DNA of 60,028 nt, filler included. It is 5 parts of 5 records of this genome, joined end to end, with 100 filler letters (N's around TTAATTAATTAA, not from the genome) between each part and the next. Parts side by side here need not be neighbours in the genome. Positions count along the whole stretch, not along the records: positions 9,477 to 19,197 come from SRR31156797_8383; positions 19,298 to 37,682 come from SRR31156797_8390; 3 more parts are not named here. The stretch is one strand, 5' to 3'. The notes under the pieces were generated by a model. The model was not told the DNA's origin. It searched no databases and saw only the letters and a list, made by a program, of their open reading frames with translations. Position numbers and translations under genes: made by a program. Shown in pieces: positions 12,332 to 22,754 of this stretch (its first letter is position 1; the number at the start of each line of letters is the position of its first letter).

Positions 12332-13219
12332 ATGACTATAAATAAATTTTCAGGTACAGGAATCGCAATTATTACACCTTTCAAAAAGGATAAGAGTGTA
12401 GATTTCGATGCACTTGAAAAACTTGTAAACTTTCAAATTACAAATGGAATAGATTATTTGGTTGTTATGGGAACAACCGGAGAAGCAGCTACATTATCAA
12501 AAGCAGAAAAAAACGAAGTGATAAAGCATGTTTGCACAACAAATGCTAAACATGTTCCTATTGTAGTGGGTTTCGGAGGCAATAATACCAATGAGGTGGT
12601 AGAACAACTGAAAGATTTTGATTCTTTTTCAGATATTGATGCTATTCTATCCGTAGCACCGTATTACAATAAGCCAAGTCAGGAAGGAATTTTCCAACAT
12701 TATAAATTTATTGCAGATAATAGTCCTGTTCCGGTAATAATATATAATGTTCCAGGGAGAACTAGTGTAAATATAAACGCTGACACAACTCTTAGAATTG
12801 CCAATGAAATAGATAATGTTATTGCGGTTAAAGAGGCATCAGGCGACATGGAACAGATTATGCAGATTCTAAAAAATAAGCCTGCGGATTTCATGGTAAT
12901 TTCTGGAGATGATGCATTAACATATCCAATGATTCAGTTAGGAGCTTCAGGAGTTATTTCTGTAATTGGAAATGCCTTTCCAAAAGAATTTAGTTCAATG
13001 GTTAAAAATGCAATCACTGGTAATAATAAAGAAGCACTTTCTTCACACTATCAAATACTCGATTTAATTCAAAATATTTTCACAGAAGGAAATCCTGCTG
13101 GAATTAAAGCTATACTGCACCAAAAGGAACTTATCTCAAATGACTTAAGGTTACCACTTGTGCCTGTGAGTTCATTGCATTACGAAAAATTAAAAATGTT
13201 ATGCAATAAAATGGCATAA
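12332..13219 (+). CDS. dapA: 4-hydroxy-tetrahydrodipicolinate synthase
   Basis: GTTGE, PYYNKP, YNVPGRT, Schiff-base KEAS, SGDD. Confidence 0.97.
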   Translation: MTINKFSGTGIAIITPFKKDKSVDFDALEKLVNFQITNGIDYLVVMGTTGEAATLSKAEKNEVIKHVCTTNAKHVPIVVGFGGNNTNEVVEQLKDFDSFSDIDAILSVAPYYNKPSQEGIFQHYKFIADNSPVPVIIYNVPGRTSVNINADTTLRIANEIDNVIAVKEASGDMEQIMQILKNKPADFMVISGDDALTYPMIQLGASGVISVIGNAFPKEFSSMVKNAITGNNKEALSSHYQILDLIQNIFTEGNPAGIKAILHQKELISNDLRLPLVPVSSLHYEKLKMLCNKMA

Positions 13220-13279
13220 ATATTGCTTACAAATACAAGTGTTACTTTACACTTTATTTTTGAAATTAATAAACAAAAA

Positions 13280-13876
13280 ATGATTAAAAATATGAAGTAT
13301 TCATTTCGCCTATTTGTTTTCGCACTTGCTGTAATGAGTTTTGCATCTTGCTCACGACAAATAACTAGAGTTTCCCCAGATCAGCAAATTGATTTGAGTG
13401 GACGCTGGAACGACACTGACTCTAGATTGGCTGCAGAAGCATTAATCGATCAGGTATTAAATCAAGGTTGGATTGGCAATTTCAAAGAAGAATTCAATCG
13501 CAAACCTGTTGTAACAGTAGGTTTGGTAACTAACAAAAGTTCCGAGCATATTGATTCTGACACCTATATTAAAGATATTGAAAAAGCAATATTGAATGAT
13601 GGTCGTGTTAGATTGGTTCAAGCTGGAGCTAAGCGTGAAGAATTGCGTCAGGAAAGAGCAGATCAGCAAGATTTTGCTTCGAAAGAAACCATTAAAAAAT
13701 GGGGACGTGAACTTGGAGCCGATTTTATTCTTCAGGGAGATATCACATCAATAATTGATAGCTACAAAAAAGAAAAAGTAAGATATTATCAACTAAATCT
13801 TGAATTGACCAATCTTGAAACCAACGAATTGGTTTGGTTAGGCGACAAAAAAATCAAGAAATACGTTAACAGATAA
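13280..13876 (+). CDS. LpoB-like lipoprotein (penicillin-binding protein activator family)
   Basis: Lipobox FASC; N(K)SSEHID, GADF.L.G.I.S, W..DKKIKK; start moved from 13223 to ATG 13280. Confidence 0.8.
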   Translation: MIKNMKYSFRLFVFALAVMSFASCSRQITRVSPDQQIDLSGRWNDTDSRLAAEALIDQVLNQGWIGNFKEEFNRKPVVTVGLVTNKSSEHIDSDTYIKDIEKAILNDGRVRLVQAGAKREELRQERADQQDFASKETIKKWGRELGADFILQGDITSIIDSYKKEKVRYYQLNLELTNLETNELVWLGDKKIKKYVNR

Positions 13877-13885
13877 ATCCATATT

Positions 13886-13907
13886 AGGGAAGTCTGATGG
13901 CTTCCCT
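13886..13907 (+). terminator. Intergenic hairpin (weak terminator or mRNA stability element)
   Basis: AGGGAAGTC-TGAT-GGCTTCCCT. Confidence 0.4.
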
Positions 13908-13929
13908 CCTTTCTCTTATCATTTACCAA

Positions 13930-15339
13930 ATGAACAATAAGCTCTTCGCAAATAAGATCATTTTCTTACTTGCAATTTTGTCAAGTATTCTATTTTCAAG
14001 TTGTGCTACTTACTATGCTCAAAATGAAGCCTTCAATCAATATTTTCTTAATGGAGATATTGCGAATGCCGAAAAAACATTGGATAGTGATGCTAAAAAT
14101 CAGCGTAAAAAGAATAAATCCTTATATCTTTTAAATAAAGGTACACTAGCATGGATGCAGCAAGATTACGAAAGGGCAACTGCTTATTTTAACGAAGCCG
14201 ATTTATTTATTGAAGATCAGAGAAAAAACATCGCTAACGAAGCCCTGGCATTACTAACAAATCCTGCGACAAAACCATATATTCCAGAAGATTTCGAAAA
14301 TGTAATGCTTAACTTTTATAAGGCTTTAAGCTTTTTGGAAATGGGCAAAACTCAAGAAGCTTTAGTAGAGTGTCGTAGAGTAAATGAAAAACTATATGCA
14401 CTTAATGATAAATATCCTAAAAACTATAAAAATAGATATAGTGATGATGCCTTTGCTCATACCATAATGGGCTTAATTTATGACTCAAGTGGAGATTCTA
14501 ATAATGCATTTATCGCCTACCGTAATGCTTACAAAATTTACGAAAGCAATTACACAAAAAACTTTAATACTCCAGCTCCCAGACAACTTAAAGATGATCT
14601 TCTGCGTACAGCATATCAAACTGGATTGAATCAGGAGTATGAATTTTACAAAAGTAAATTTGGATTTGATTTTACAAAAAGAGAGAAAAATCAGGGTGAT
14701 TTAATAATAATCTGGATGACAGGATTAGGTCCTGTTAAAGACGAATGGAGTATCAATTTTAGTGCTTTTAATGGTCGGGATGGTTATCTGACTCTTGTAA
14801 ATGAAGGTGAAGGAGCCAACTTTCCATTTTATGTAGGCGATATGGATAGCAGAACCAGAAGTTCATTTAGCGATCTCGATTTTGTGAGAGTAGCCTTTCC
14901 TAAGTATCAGGAAAGAATGCCTTTTTACAATTCAGCTTCAATACAAGTCGATTCTATTACTTACAATTTAGATAAAGCGCAAGACTTAAATGCGATTGCT
15001 TTTAAGTCTCTAAAAGATAGAATGCTTAGAGAAATGGCGAATTCTTTACTCAGATTAGCTACTAAAAAAGCTTTGGAAAATTATGCCCGCAGCAAAGATG
15101 ACAATATTGGTGCTATTATAGGAATTTTTAATGCCGTTACAGAAAAAGCAGACACTAGAAACTGGCAAACCCTACCTCATTCTATTCACTACACGAGATT
15201 GCATTTAAAAGAAGGAGAAAACAATATTAATTTAAAAGTGCAGTCTCCAAATGGAACATCAAATAATCAAAGTTTGAAGTTTACGATAAAGGCAGGACAA
15301 ACCAGCTTTTTTAGCTTTCACAGTATGGAATCAAATTAG
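13930..15339 (+). CDS. COG3014-like TPR lipoprotein
   Basis: Lipobox SSC, TPR-like helices, ADTRNWQTLP motif; usual partner of LpoB-like genes. Confidence 0.8.
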   Translation: MNNKLFANKIIFLLAILSSILFSSCATYYAQNEAFNQYFLNGDIANAEKTLDSDAKNQRKKNKSLYLLNKGTLAWMQQDYERATAYFNEADLFIEDQRKNIANEALALLTNPATKPYIPEDFENVMLNFYKALSFLEMGKTQEALVECRRVNEKLYALNDKYPKNYKNRYSDDAFAHTIMGLIYDSSGDSNNAFIAYRNAYKIYESNYTKNFNTPAPRQLKDDLLRTAYQTGLNQEYEFYKSKFGFDFTKREKNQGDLIIIWMTGLGPVKDEWSINFSAFNGRDGYLTLVNEGEGANFPFYVGDMDSRTRSSFSDLDFVRVAFPKYQERMPFYNSASIQVDSITYNLDKAQDLNAIAFKSLKDRMLREMANSLLRLATKKALENYARSKDDNIGAIIGIFNAVTEKADTRNWQTLPHSIHYTRLHLKEGENNINLKVQSPNGTSNNQSLKFTIKAGQTSFFSFHSMESN

Positions 15340-15885
15340 AACGCTGTTTTTTGATAATGTAAACCGTACTACGTCCTTATCAACATTAGCAATATATTCA
15401 CAACTTAAGGTCAAATCCTCATTAAAAAATCGCTGACATCCCATAAACATCCCGATAGCCAAATCAACAAAAACCTTTTTTGACTCATAAGAAATTATAA
15501 AAGTAGTGTCGTCAATTCTTTCTGCCTTAAAACCTTTCAATCCTTTATGCGGAAAACGTTCCTGCATTTTTACATGAATAAAATAATCTATTTGTTCTAA
15601 AAATTCGAACACATCACTATTCCCAGCAAATTCTGGTCGGTACAAAATCACCAATCGACTAAATAAATATTCACCAAAATTTTTAGATAAATCTGATTTT
15701 GAAAGTCGCGTTTCCTCACTTAATAATGTAACCAGCTCGTCGAATTGCTTGCAGGAGTAATCTCGCATAGAATCATAAACTCCATTATTACCTGCACCCA
15801 ATAAAGAAACAATTTTTTCAACTGTTTCACATCCAAATTCACTTTCCGACATCTCTAAAATTTCTGTAAAAAAAATCCCTTTCAT
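15331..15885 (-). CDS. Heme NO-binding (H-NOX/HNOB) domain protein
   Basis: MKG..F start, proximal His (IHV), YxS motif. Confidence 0.85.
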   Translation of the reverse strand: MKGIFFTEILEMSESEFGCETVEKIVSLLGAGNNGVYDSMRDYSCKQFDELVTLLSEETRLSKSDLSKNFGEYLFSRLVILYRPEFAGNSDVFEFLEQIDYFIHVKMQERFPHKGLKGFKAERIDDTTFIISYESKKVFVDLAIGMFMGCQRFFNEDLTLSCEYIANVDKDVVRFTLSKNSVLI

Positions 15886-15955
15886 CTACTGTAAATTTTA
15901 AATGATTTTATCAAAGTAATAGTTTATAATAGTGTAACATTAAAAATTCCGACAT

Positions 15956-17140
15956 TTACAATTTTGTTTGGTTTAGCTGAGAATTTTTCAATTCTGCGAG
16001 TAATTTTTGCATGGCAAGATATTTCTGCTCATAATCCCAACGTCCCTTATCCTTATTGTGAGCAACCTCATAAAACTTAATCGCCATATCAGGTTTATTC
16101 GTTGTTTCATATATTTCTCCCACATAAAAATACGGCTCTGCCTTATGCGGATAATTATACACAGTATACTTTAAAAATAGTAAAGCTTCCTGATACTTTT
16201 TCTCCTGTTTAAGTTGCAAACAAACACTCTCCAATAATGAGTATGGTAATTTTTCATTTCTGCCATAATTTAGCATGATGTCTTTCTGATATTCTTTTGC
16301 TTTAGCCACACCACCCACAGCTAAATCATTAACATCCGGATATTTGTAATCCTTAAACAGATGCTCCATACCGTTCATTAAACTCTTTCGATACAAACTA
16401 TAATGATTTTCATCGGGCATCCAATCGCATTTCCAATTTAAATCCCCTGGCGAAGATGTTTCAAGTACTTTAGTGAGTTTCTTACATTCTTCGAGCATGT
16501 TCTTTGCCTCTTCGGCAAAACTTACGAACAAATGCTTTCTAACTGTAGATTTACCATTTAAAAATTTTTCGGTATCCTTCACAACAGAATTTCCGTTCCA
16601 CCATAAAATTGGACTAAACGCCATATACCGATCAAATAAATCCGTTCCGTTAATAAAAGCATTGATTACGAACAGTCCACTATAATTATGACCCATAACC
16701 AATCTACGATTATTAGCTCTGTAATTTTGGGCAACATATGGAAAAATATCCGTTTTAAGAACCTCTAAAAATGTGTTTGCTCCTCCTCTTGTTGGAAAAA
16801 TAGTCTTATTCAATAAACTATCCACAGGAGTCATATCCCTAAAACGATCCGTATTAGGAATTCCAACCACCACATGTGGAGGTATAAAGTGATTGTCCAT
16901 TAAAAAACTCAGGACTTCAATGCTAGCACTAAAATTTGTTTCTGCATCTAGCAAATAAATTGCAGGATAAGAAAAATAAGTATTATCAAATTCGGTAGGT
17001 AGAAGAATCTGAAGTTCTCTATTCTCCTTTAGTATAGTAGAATATACACTGGTACTTCGTAAATTTTTAGGGTTTACCTCCGCCAATAAAATACCAATTG
17101 TAAAAAAAACAAATAAAGCAGTTAAAAGGCTTCGCTTCAT
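15956..17140 (-). CDS. Secreted IroE/Fes-like alpha/beta-hydrolase fold plus TPR protein, nucleophile apparently lost
   Basis: YP.IYLLD, R.RDMTP, GGA..FL motifs; GHNYSG in place of GHSxGG; C-terminal TPRs. Confidence 0.8.
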   Translation of the reverse strand: MKRSLLTALFVFFTIGILLAEVNPKNLRSTSVYSTILKENRELQILLPTEFDNTYFSYPAIYLLDAETNFSASIEVLSFLMDNHFIPPHVVVGIPNTDRFRDMTPVDSLLNKTIFPTRGGANTFLEVLKTDIFPYVAQNYRANNRRLVMGHNYSGLFVINAFINGTDLFDRYMAFSPILWWNGNSVVKDTEKFLNGKSTVRKHLFVSFAEEAKNMLEECKKLTKVLETSSPGDLNWKCDWMPDENHYSLYRKSLMNGMEHLFKDYKYPDVNDLAVGGVAKAKEYQKDIMLNYGRNEKLPYSLLESVCLQLKQEKKYQEALLFLKYTVYNYPHKAEPYFYVGEIYETTNKPDMAIKFYEVAHNKDKGRWDYEQKYLAMQKLLAELKNSQLNQTKL

Positions 17141-17256
17141 ATAATTCTTGGTTTAGGATTTAAAGTACTGTTAAAATACAATTATTTACAATAAAATCAA
17201 AAAAATCCTTAATTAGCAGGCGATTAAACATTCCTTGATTTCGATATAATAGAAAT

Positions 17257-17287
17257 AAAAAAGCCGGATTAAATTAATATCCGGCTT
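17257..17287 (-). terminator. Intrinsic terminator after yceI
   Basis: AAGCCGGAT / ATCCGGCTT stem followed by a T-run on the minus strand. Confidence 0.75.
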
Positions 17288-17306
17288 AAAATACAACATG
17301 TAAGAT

Positions 17307-17906
17307 TTAACGCAAATACAAATCAAGCGTTAATTCAAAATCATCATATATGGTTTTGTCTCCCAAATTATCGAAAAAGCTGCCCGATCCATAACGAACG
17401 TTAAATTTACTTCTATCGATAACTACTTTTCCACTCACATGAATATCTTCGCCATGTTTATGCAAATTCACAGTAAATTCAATTGGTTGTGTAATATCTT
17501 TAATTGTAATATTCCCTTTAATCTTATAATTGCCCTCTCCCAGATATTTACTACTAACAATTTCAAATTTTGATTGTGGAAATTTTTCTATACCAAAGAA
17601 GTCATCCGACTTTAAATGACCTTCCAATTTCCCTCTGTAGCCTTCGTCTTTAATATCCGTACATTTAATTGAGTTCATATCTACCACAAAACTTCCTGAT
17701 TTAAGATCATCTCCATTCAGTATAATACTACCATCAGATATCATTATTGTTCCGGAATGTTCTCCAGTTACCTTTTTACCTAACCACTCCACTTTACTCT
17801 TTTGAGTGTCTACTTTATGGGTTCCATTTTTTGCATTAGCCATACCAACAAATAAAAAAATACCGACCAACATTACAATTCCGCTTTTTAAAACATTTCT
17901 TTTCAT
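17307..17906 (-). CDS. YceI family lipid/polyisoprenoid-binding protein
   Basis: Signal peptide; W.G.KVTGEH.G, HLKSDDFF, G..TIK..T, DRSKF.V.YGS. Confidence 0.92.
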   Translation of the reverse strand: MKRNVLKSGIVMLVGIFLFVGMANAKNGTHKVDTQKSKVEWLGKKVTGEHSGTIMISDGSIILNGDDLKSGSFVVDMNSIKCTDIKDEGYRGKLEGHLKSDDFFGIEKFPQSKFEIVSSKYLGEGNYKIKGNITIKDITQPIEFTVNLHKHGEDIHVSGKVVIDRSKFNVRYGSGSFFDNLGDKTIYDDFELTLDLYLR

Positions 17907-18019
17907 AAGTTTTAAATTTTATAAATCGTTAAATATTAATTTCTTTCTTTAAATACTTACTTACAAAACTAGCTTTAGTTTGTATTTGGATAAATGGACA
18001 ATTCTCCGTTATTCTTGTA

Positions 18020-18907
18020 TTATTTCCGAACCAGACTCCGAAAATCACTTAATGTTTGATTCGTATATTTTTTGAAAAAACGGCTAAAATAAGCTGGATC
18101 CTGAAATCCCAAATCATAAGCAATCTCTTTGGTATGTAAATCCGATCCAAACAACATTTTCTTTGCTTCTTTTATCACTCTGCCACGAATCAATTCTCCT
18201 GCAGTAACTCCTGTCGTCTTCTTACTAATCTCGTTTAAACAGCTTGGATTTAAATTGAGCATATCCGCGTACGATGAGACATTCTTTTTATCCCGATAAT
18301 TCTCATCAATCAGTTGTTTAAATTTAATGATAACAGATCCAGGATGCTCATCATTCAAAGGCTGATCCAAATCATGCTGATCTTCATAAATTCTTCTGGA
18401 TTCCAACAAAAACATCTTCAACTGATGATAAAGCATATCATGACGATATTTACTCTCACCATTAAATTCACGCTCCATTAGTTCTGCAATACTTTGAAAA
18501 ATTTGGACTTGTACTTCATCCAAATGAATAATGGATTTGAAATCGGGATTGCTAAATAGAGTAGAATCAGATACTGATCCCTCTCCATTTTCCTTAATTG
18601 AAAAAAAAGTTTCATCGAAAGTGATTGTATATCCATTGCAATGCTCATTCATTATAAATCGATGCATCAATCCTGGTGGCACAAATAATATTGAATTTGC
18701 TCTTAGAGTGTAATCAACATATTTAGTAGAATGAATAGCCTCTCCTTCCTTAATCCAGGTTATTGTGTAATAATTATGCATGTGAGGGACATCGTTCTGC
18801 TTTCTTACCTCTTCGCACATATTTTGTATTTTATGAATGTGAAATAAGGCTTTCGATTCATCTTTTTCTTGAAATAGCTCTGCAGGATCTCTTTCCATTT
18901 TTATCAA
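18020..18907 (-). CDS. AraC family transcriptional regulator
   Basis: Cupin PH.HNYY; C-terminal KEIAY.LGF.D..YFSRFFKK. Confidence 0.93.
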   Translation of the reverse strand: MIKMERDPAELFQEKDESKALFHIHKIQNMCEEVRKQNDVPHMHNYYTITWIKEGEAIHSTKYVDYTLRANSILFVPPGLMHRFIMNEHCNGYTITFDETFFSIKENGEGSVSDSTLFSNPDFKSIIHLDEVQVQIFQSIAELMEREFNGESKYRHDMLYHQLKMFLLESRRIYEDQHDLDQPLNDEHPGSVIIKFKQLIDENYRDKKNVSSYADMLNLNPSCLNEISKKTTGVTAGELIRGRVIKEAKKMLFGSDLHTKEIAYDLGFQDPAYFSRFFKKYTNQTLSDFRSLVRK

Positions 18908-19141
18908 TTGATTTTATTTAAATCAAATTTAAATAAAAAGCTACACTATACCTTAGCGAAGCTGTTAATCGATTGTTAAAATCGCTTTTTGTCCGGATTT
19001 CCTTACCAAAAATGAATTTTTAAAAGGATATCTCATTTTTTTGTTAATCTAATTTTCTACCAATAAAGACCTTAGCTTAAACCCCTCAAATTATTTACAA
19101 AAAAAACAAAAAAACATTTGCAGTTCACACAGTAAAACCCC

Positions 19142-19149
19142 TATATTTG
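19142..19149 (+). promoter_or_regulatory. Bacteroidota -7 promoter element for the tRNA
   Basis: TATATTTG matches TAnnTTTG, with TTTG upstream. Confidence 0.6.
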
Positions 19150-19168
19150 CAGCGTCTTAAAGAGATAT

Positions 19169-19197
19169 GGACGCGTAGCATAACTGGATAGTGCACC
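19169..19197 (+). tRNA. 5' fragment of a tRNA, probably tRNA-Arg (anticodon not in contig)
   Basis: GGACGCGTAGCATAACTGGATAGTGCACC: acceptor 5' strand plus D-arm with GGATAG loop. Confidence 0.75.
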
Positions 19198-19297
19198 NNN
19201 NNNNNNNNNNNNNNNNNNNNNNNNNNNNNNNNNNNNNNNNNTTAATTAATTAANNNNNNNNNNNNNNNNNNNNNNNNNNNNNNNNNNNNNNNNNNNN
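19198..19297. other. Artificial contig linker
   Basis: N44-TTAATTAATTAA-N44. Confidence 0.99.
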
Positions 19298-19405
19298 ACA
19301 AGAAATAAGACATTATTGAATTAACTTCTAAGAATTCAATAGATTAAGGCTTTTTCAGAAAGCCCTAAGTAGTGTTTATAATTAGATTATTGATGGTTTA
19401 AAAAT

Positions 19406-19610
19406 AGATATCTCGCTTCGCTTGATATGACAGCACGATGGTTATCTGGTATGGGGGGAATAGGAAAGGTACACCTTTCCTATTCCCCCCATACCCCTTT
19501 GGAACACCGGCACAAATGTCACCTCGAAGGAGCTTGCGATTGAGAGGCCCATTCCATCATGAGAAAAGCCTTTTCAAAGAATTTGTCATGAGTAGTGAAG
19601 TGAGATATCT
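19406..19610. repeat. Composite REP-like palindromic element
   Basis: Outer imperfect inverted repeats at 19406-19432 and 19584-19610 flank a perfect 23-bp hairpin at 19448-19495. Confidence 0.7.
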
Positions 19611-19643
19611 GCAAAGTGTTTTTCTGCTGATTTTATTGACAGA

Positions 19644-22523
19644 CTAATTATCCAAATCAATCAGATACTCCACCAGGTTTTGATCTCTGCTCAGTTTTAG
19701 TTTTTTTCTCAACCTGTACCTGGCCAGTTCCACTCCCCGGTCGGAGATGTTAAGCAGCTTGGAAATTTCTTTTGAACTCATATTCATACGCAGAAAAGAG
19801 GCTAATTTTATTTCTCTCGGACTTAAACTCACGTTATTTTCTGAAAGCTTTTTGAGGTATCCGCTGTGTACCTGATCAAAATGGTACGCAAACTGATCCC
19901 AGGAATTGTTATCAGAAATTTTTTCATCAATAGTGCTGACCAGTTCACCTAAATCACCTAAATCATTCCGCCCCCTCATCAATGTTTGAATCTTGTTTTT
20001 AATGGTCTGTAAAAAATCACCAGTATTCATCAAATGCATCGTGATGGTAGTCAACTGATTATTTTTGAGGTTTAATTCCGTTTGAAGTTTTTCACGCATC
20101 AAACGGTCGATTTCACTTTTCGACTGCCTCGAGATTTGATCAATCTCCTCCTCCTTGCTTTTTAAAGCCTCTTCGCTTTTTTCAGTTATCTGATAGCTCT
20201 CGGCCATATGTTTTCGACGCTGAAAAAGGAGGATTATGACTACAAGTGCCAACCCAAAGAAAATATAAAACAACTTGGCCCAAACGGTAAAGTACCATGG
20301 ATCGAGCACTTTAAATGAGAATTTTGAAACCCGGCTTTGATGATCGTACACATTTTTAGCTTTAACTTCAAAAGTGTAATTTCCCGGTGGCAGGTATGGA
20401 TATTCCATTTCACCTTTTTTGGACCAGCCGGACCAGTTTTCTTCCAGCGGTACCATCCTGTAGCTATAATTCAAATCCTCGAAACCATCAAAATAGGGAG
20501 AGGTGTAACTAAATGTTAAAGACTGATTTGCATTGATCTCTAAGTTTTCTGTGTTCTGCAGATAATATTTGACTGTTGAATCTTCCGCAATTTCAATTTC
20601 AATGGATCTGAGGATTACTCTAAAATCTTCGTTGATGTAAAATCGCGCTTCAGGATTATAAAGGATGAAACCTTCTTTGGCACCAATCAAAATATTCTTT
20701 TCATCGATTACAGTTATATTTGGTAAATCATCATTTATAATTTTATTGATGTGTTTGAACAAACCTGTTTCTTTTTGATAATTGCCAAACACCTCCTCTT
20801 TTAACATTCCCATTGCACCATTCTGGATGTAGTAAATTGTTTTGCTGCCATCTGATACAATTTCGTTTACATGGTCGTTTCCCAGCCACTTGTCGAAAAA
20901 GTTGTTTAAAGTGAATTTTTGATTGATCTTATCATAATTATAAATCCCTTTTTCAGCAGTAAAAATCAAATTATTGTTCAGTTTGTAAACGCTGATCTTT
21001 TTATTTGATGGAAACCCATTTTCTTCGCCAAATTGTTGTATAGGTTCGGTAAGGTTCATGTTTTGGTCAAAAGTTAATCGGTAAGCACCTCTTAAATCGT
21101 GTGTCATCCATAGAACTGAATCATTTTCATATTCCAGGATTCGTGAGGATTCATTAAGATCAGGGACTTTTCCGGTGTTATCCCATGAATTCTCATTTCT
21201 CTCAAAATACCAAATGCCCTGGTAATCACCGCCAAGTGCAAGCCCCGGCCTGATTGTCGGAAGAACCTTCCAGCTGCCAATTCCATGAAATTCGCGCAAA
21301 CCATTTTGCTCAATCAGGAATGCCCCCCGGTTATGATTGAGTATGAGATCACCATCAACTACGGAGAAGTTGTATACCTGGCCTTCGCTTCCCTTCACAA
21401 TTTCAAAGTGTTTGTCAAAGCTTTTTTTATTTGTTTCCGGCAGCGTAAATAGCCCATTGTTTGTTCCGAAATAAACCTTGTTATTGAATTTGCTCGCTGC
21501 ATATCCTGTCCCTTCAACCCCAATGTCGTCGTTGATTAACGAAAGTGGCAAATGCAGTTCCAGGTAATCAATTCCGTTGTTTAGTGCTACCCATAAATTA
21601 TGATACTCATCCTCATAAAGCGCCTTTATTGTTCGGTCAGAGAGCCCTTCATTTTTTGTAAGGTGTTTCCTGAAGCTAAGATTTTGATCTAAAATATACA
21701 GGCCTGAATTTTGGGTTCCAATAGCATAATCACCATTAGCGAGCCTTAATGCAGAGGTAATGGTTCCAGGTTCAAATGGCATTCCTTTTTTTGAAAAAAC
21801 CGTTCCGTCATAGGTGTAAATTTGCCCGGCTATTCCAAGAAAAACACTATGCCCTATACCAGACAACCCAAAAGCTATTTCAGGAATACTAAGGGAACCC
21901 TCAACCTGAACCAATTTGCCGTCAATTAACCGGAATAACCCTGCATCATAAATCTGGGTCAATACCTGGCCGTTGACTTTGAAAATGTGCTGAGCATAGC
22001 CTGGTAATTCCAGTGCCCAGATTTCTTTACCGTTATAAACAAAGATCTGGCTTTCAGTATGGAAATAAAATTTATCATCCTGAGAGATGATGTTCCATGT
22101 TTCTGCAATAACCTGCTGATCCGGCGGAAGTAATTCTAGTAATGAGGTAAACAAATAGCCGTTTTCTGTCAAAGTAAAATATCCTATTTGCCCCTGCCCT
22201 CCAACAAAGATCCGGTTATCATCGGCAATTTTTACTGCCCTCACCCTGTTGCAGTCCGGAACTTCAATTTTCTTCCAGGCATTCCCATCAAATTCTAATA
22301 ACCCATGATTATTGGCAACATAAAGAAATCCCATGCTGTCCTGATCAAATGCCCAACTTTGTATTCCTCCACCAAAATCGTTCGAACTGAAGTGTTTTAG
22401 CAACGGCACGCTACGTAATTCTGAGATTTCTCCACCCTGGCCATTAGCATATTTTATGAAAATGATATTTAGAATAGAAAGCACAAAAATAAGTCTTATG
22501 TGAGAGGTTAATGAAAGTGTCAT
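19644..22523 (-). CDS. Membrane sensor-regulator: beta-propeller + Y_Y_Y domain + TM + LuxR-type HTH
   Basis: Reg_prop-like repeats; YSYR...WS.W...Y..LPPG.YTFEVKA; SSKEI..LLNIS.RGVE.ARYRLRKKL; divergent from susC. Confidence 0.9.
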   Translation of the reverse strand: MTLSLTSHIRLIFVLSILNIIFIKYANGQGGEISELRSVPLLKHFSSNDFGGGIQSWAFDQDSMGFLYVANNHGLLEFDGNAWKKIEVPDCNRVRAVKIADDNRIFVGGQGQIGYFTLTENGYLFTSLLELLPPDQQVIAETWNIISQDDKFYFHTESQIFVYNGKEIWALELPGYAQHIFKVNGQVLTQIYDAGLFRLIDGKLVQVEGSLSIPEIAFGLSGIGHSVFLGIAGQIYTYDGTVFSKKGMPFEPGTITSALRLANGDYAIGTQNSGLYILDQNLSFRKHLTKNEGLSDRTIKALYEDEYHNLWVALNNGIDYLELHLPLSLINDDIGVEGTGYAASKFNNKVYFGTNNGLFTLPETNKKSFDKHFEIVKGSEGQVYNFSVVDGDLILNHNRGAFLIEQNGLREFHGIGSWKVLPTIRPGLALGGDYQGIWYFERNENSWDNTGKVPDLNESSRILEYENDSVLWMTHDLRGAYRLTFDQNMNLTEPIQQFGEENGFPSNKKISVYKLNNNLIFTAEKGIYNYDKINQKFTLNNFFDKWLGNDHVNEIVSDGSKTIYYIQNGAMGMLKEEVFGNYQKETGLFKHINKIINDDLPNITVIDEKNILIGAKEGFILYNPEARFYINEDFRVILRSIEIEIAEDSTVKYYLQNTENLEINANQSLTFSYTSPYFDGFEDLNYSYRMVPLEENWSGWSKKGEMEYPYLPPGNYTFEVKAKNVYDHQSRVSKFSFKVLDPWYFTVWAKLFYIFFGLALVVIILLFQRRKHMAESYQITEKSEEALKSKEEEIDQISRQSKSEIDRLMREKLQTELNLKNNQLTTITMHLMNTGDFLQTIKNKIQTLMRGRNDLGDLGELVSTIDEKISDNNSWDQFAYHFDQVHSGYLKKLSENNVSLSPREIKLASFLRMNMSSKEISKLLNISDRGVELARYRLRKKLKLSRDQNLVEYLIDLDN

Positions 22524-22579
22524 GTTAGTTGAATGTTGACGTAAAAACCATAAAAATAAGCAGTTTTAACTTCATGAGC

Positions 22580-22624
22580 GAGTTTTTGATGAGTTAAATT
22601 TTTGAATATGATGAGTTTTTGATG
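22580..22624. promoter_or_regulatory. Direct repeats, candidate operator for the PUL regulator
   Basis: GAGTTTTTGATG at 22580-22591 and 22613-22624; TTACTTTG -7-like box downstream. Confidence 0.5.
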
Positions 22625-22754
22625 TGATGTGATTTATCATTTGAGGAGGCAGATGCTGTTACTTTGCATTTGGATATTAATTGAATTGAACGAAAAATTA
22701 AAACGAATGAAATGTGGATCAACATCACAAACTTTACACTAACCAATATTTATA

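Noticed and set aside
19438-19647. 69-aa ORF downstream of the PUL regulator
   Set aside because: It lies over the palindromic repeat element and shows no protein-like features.
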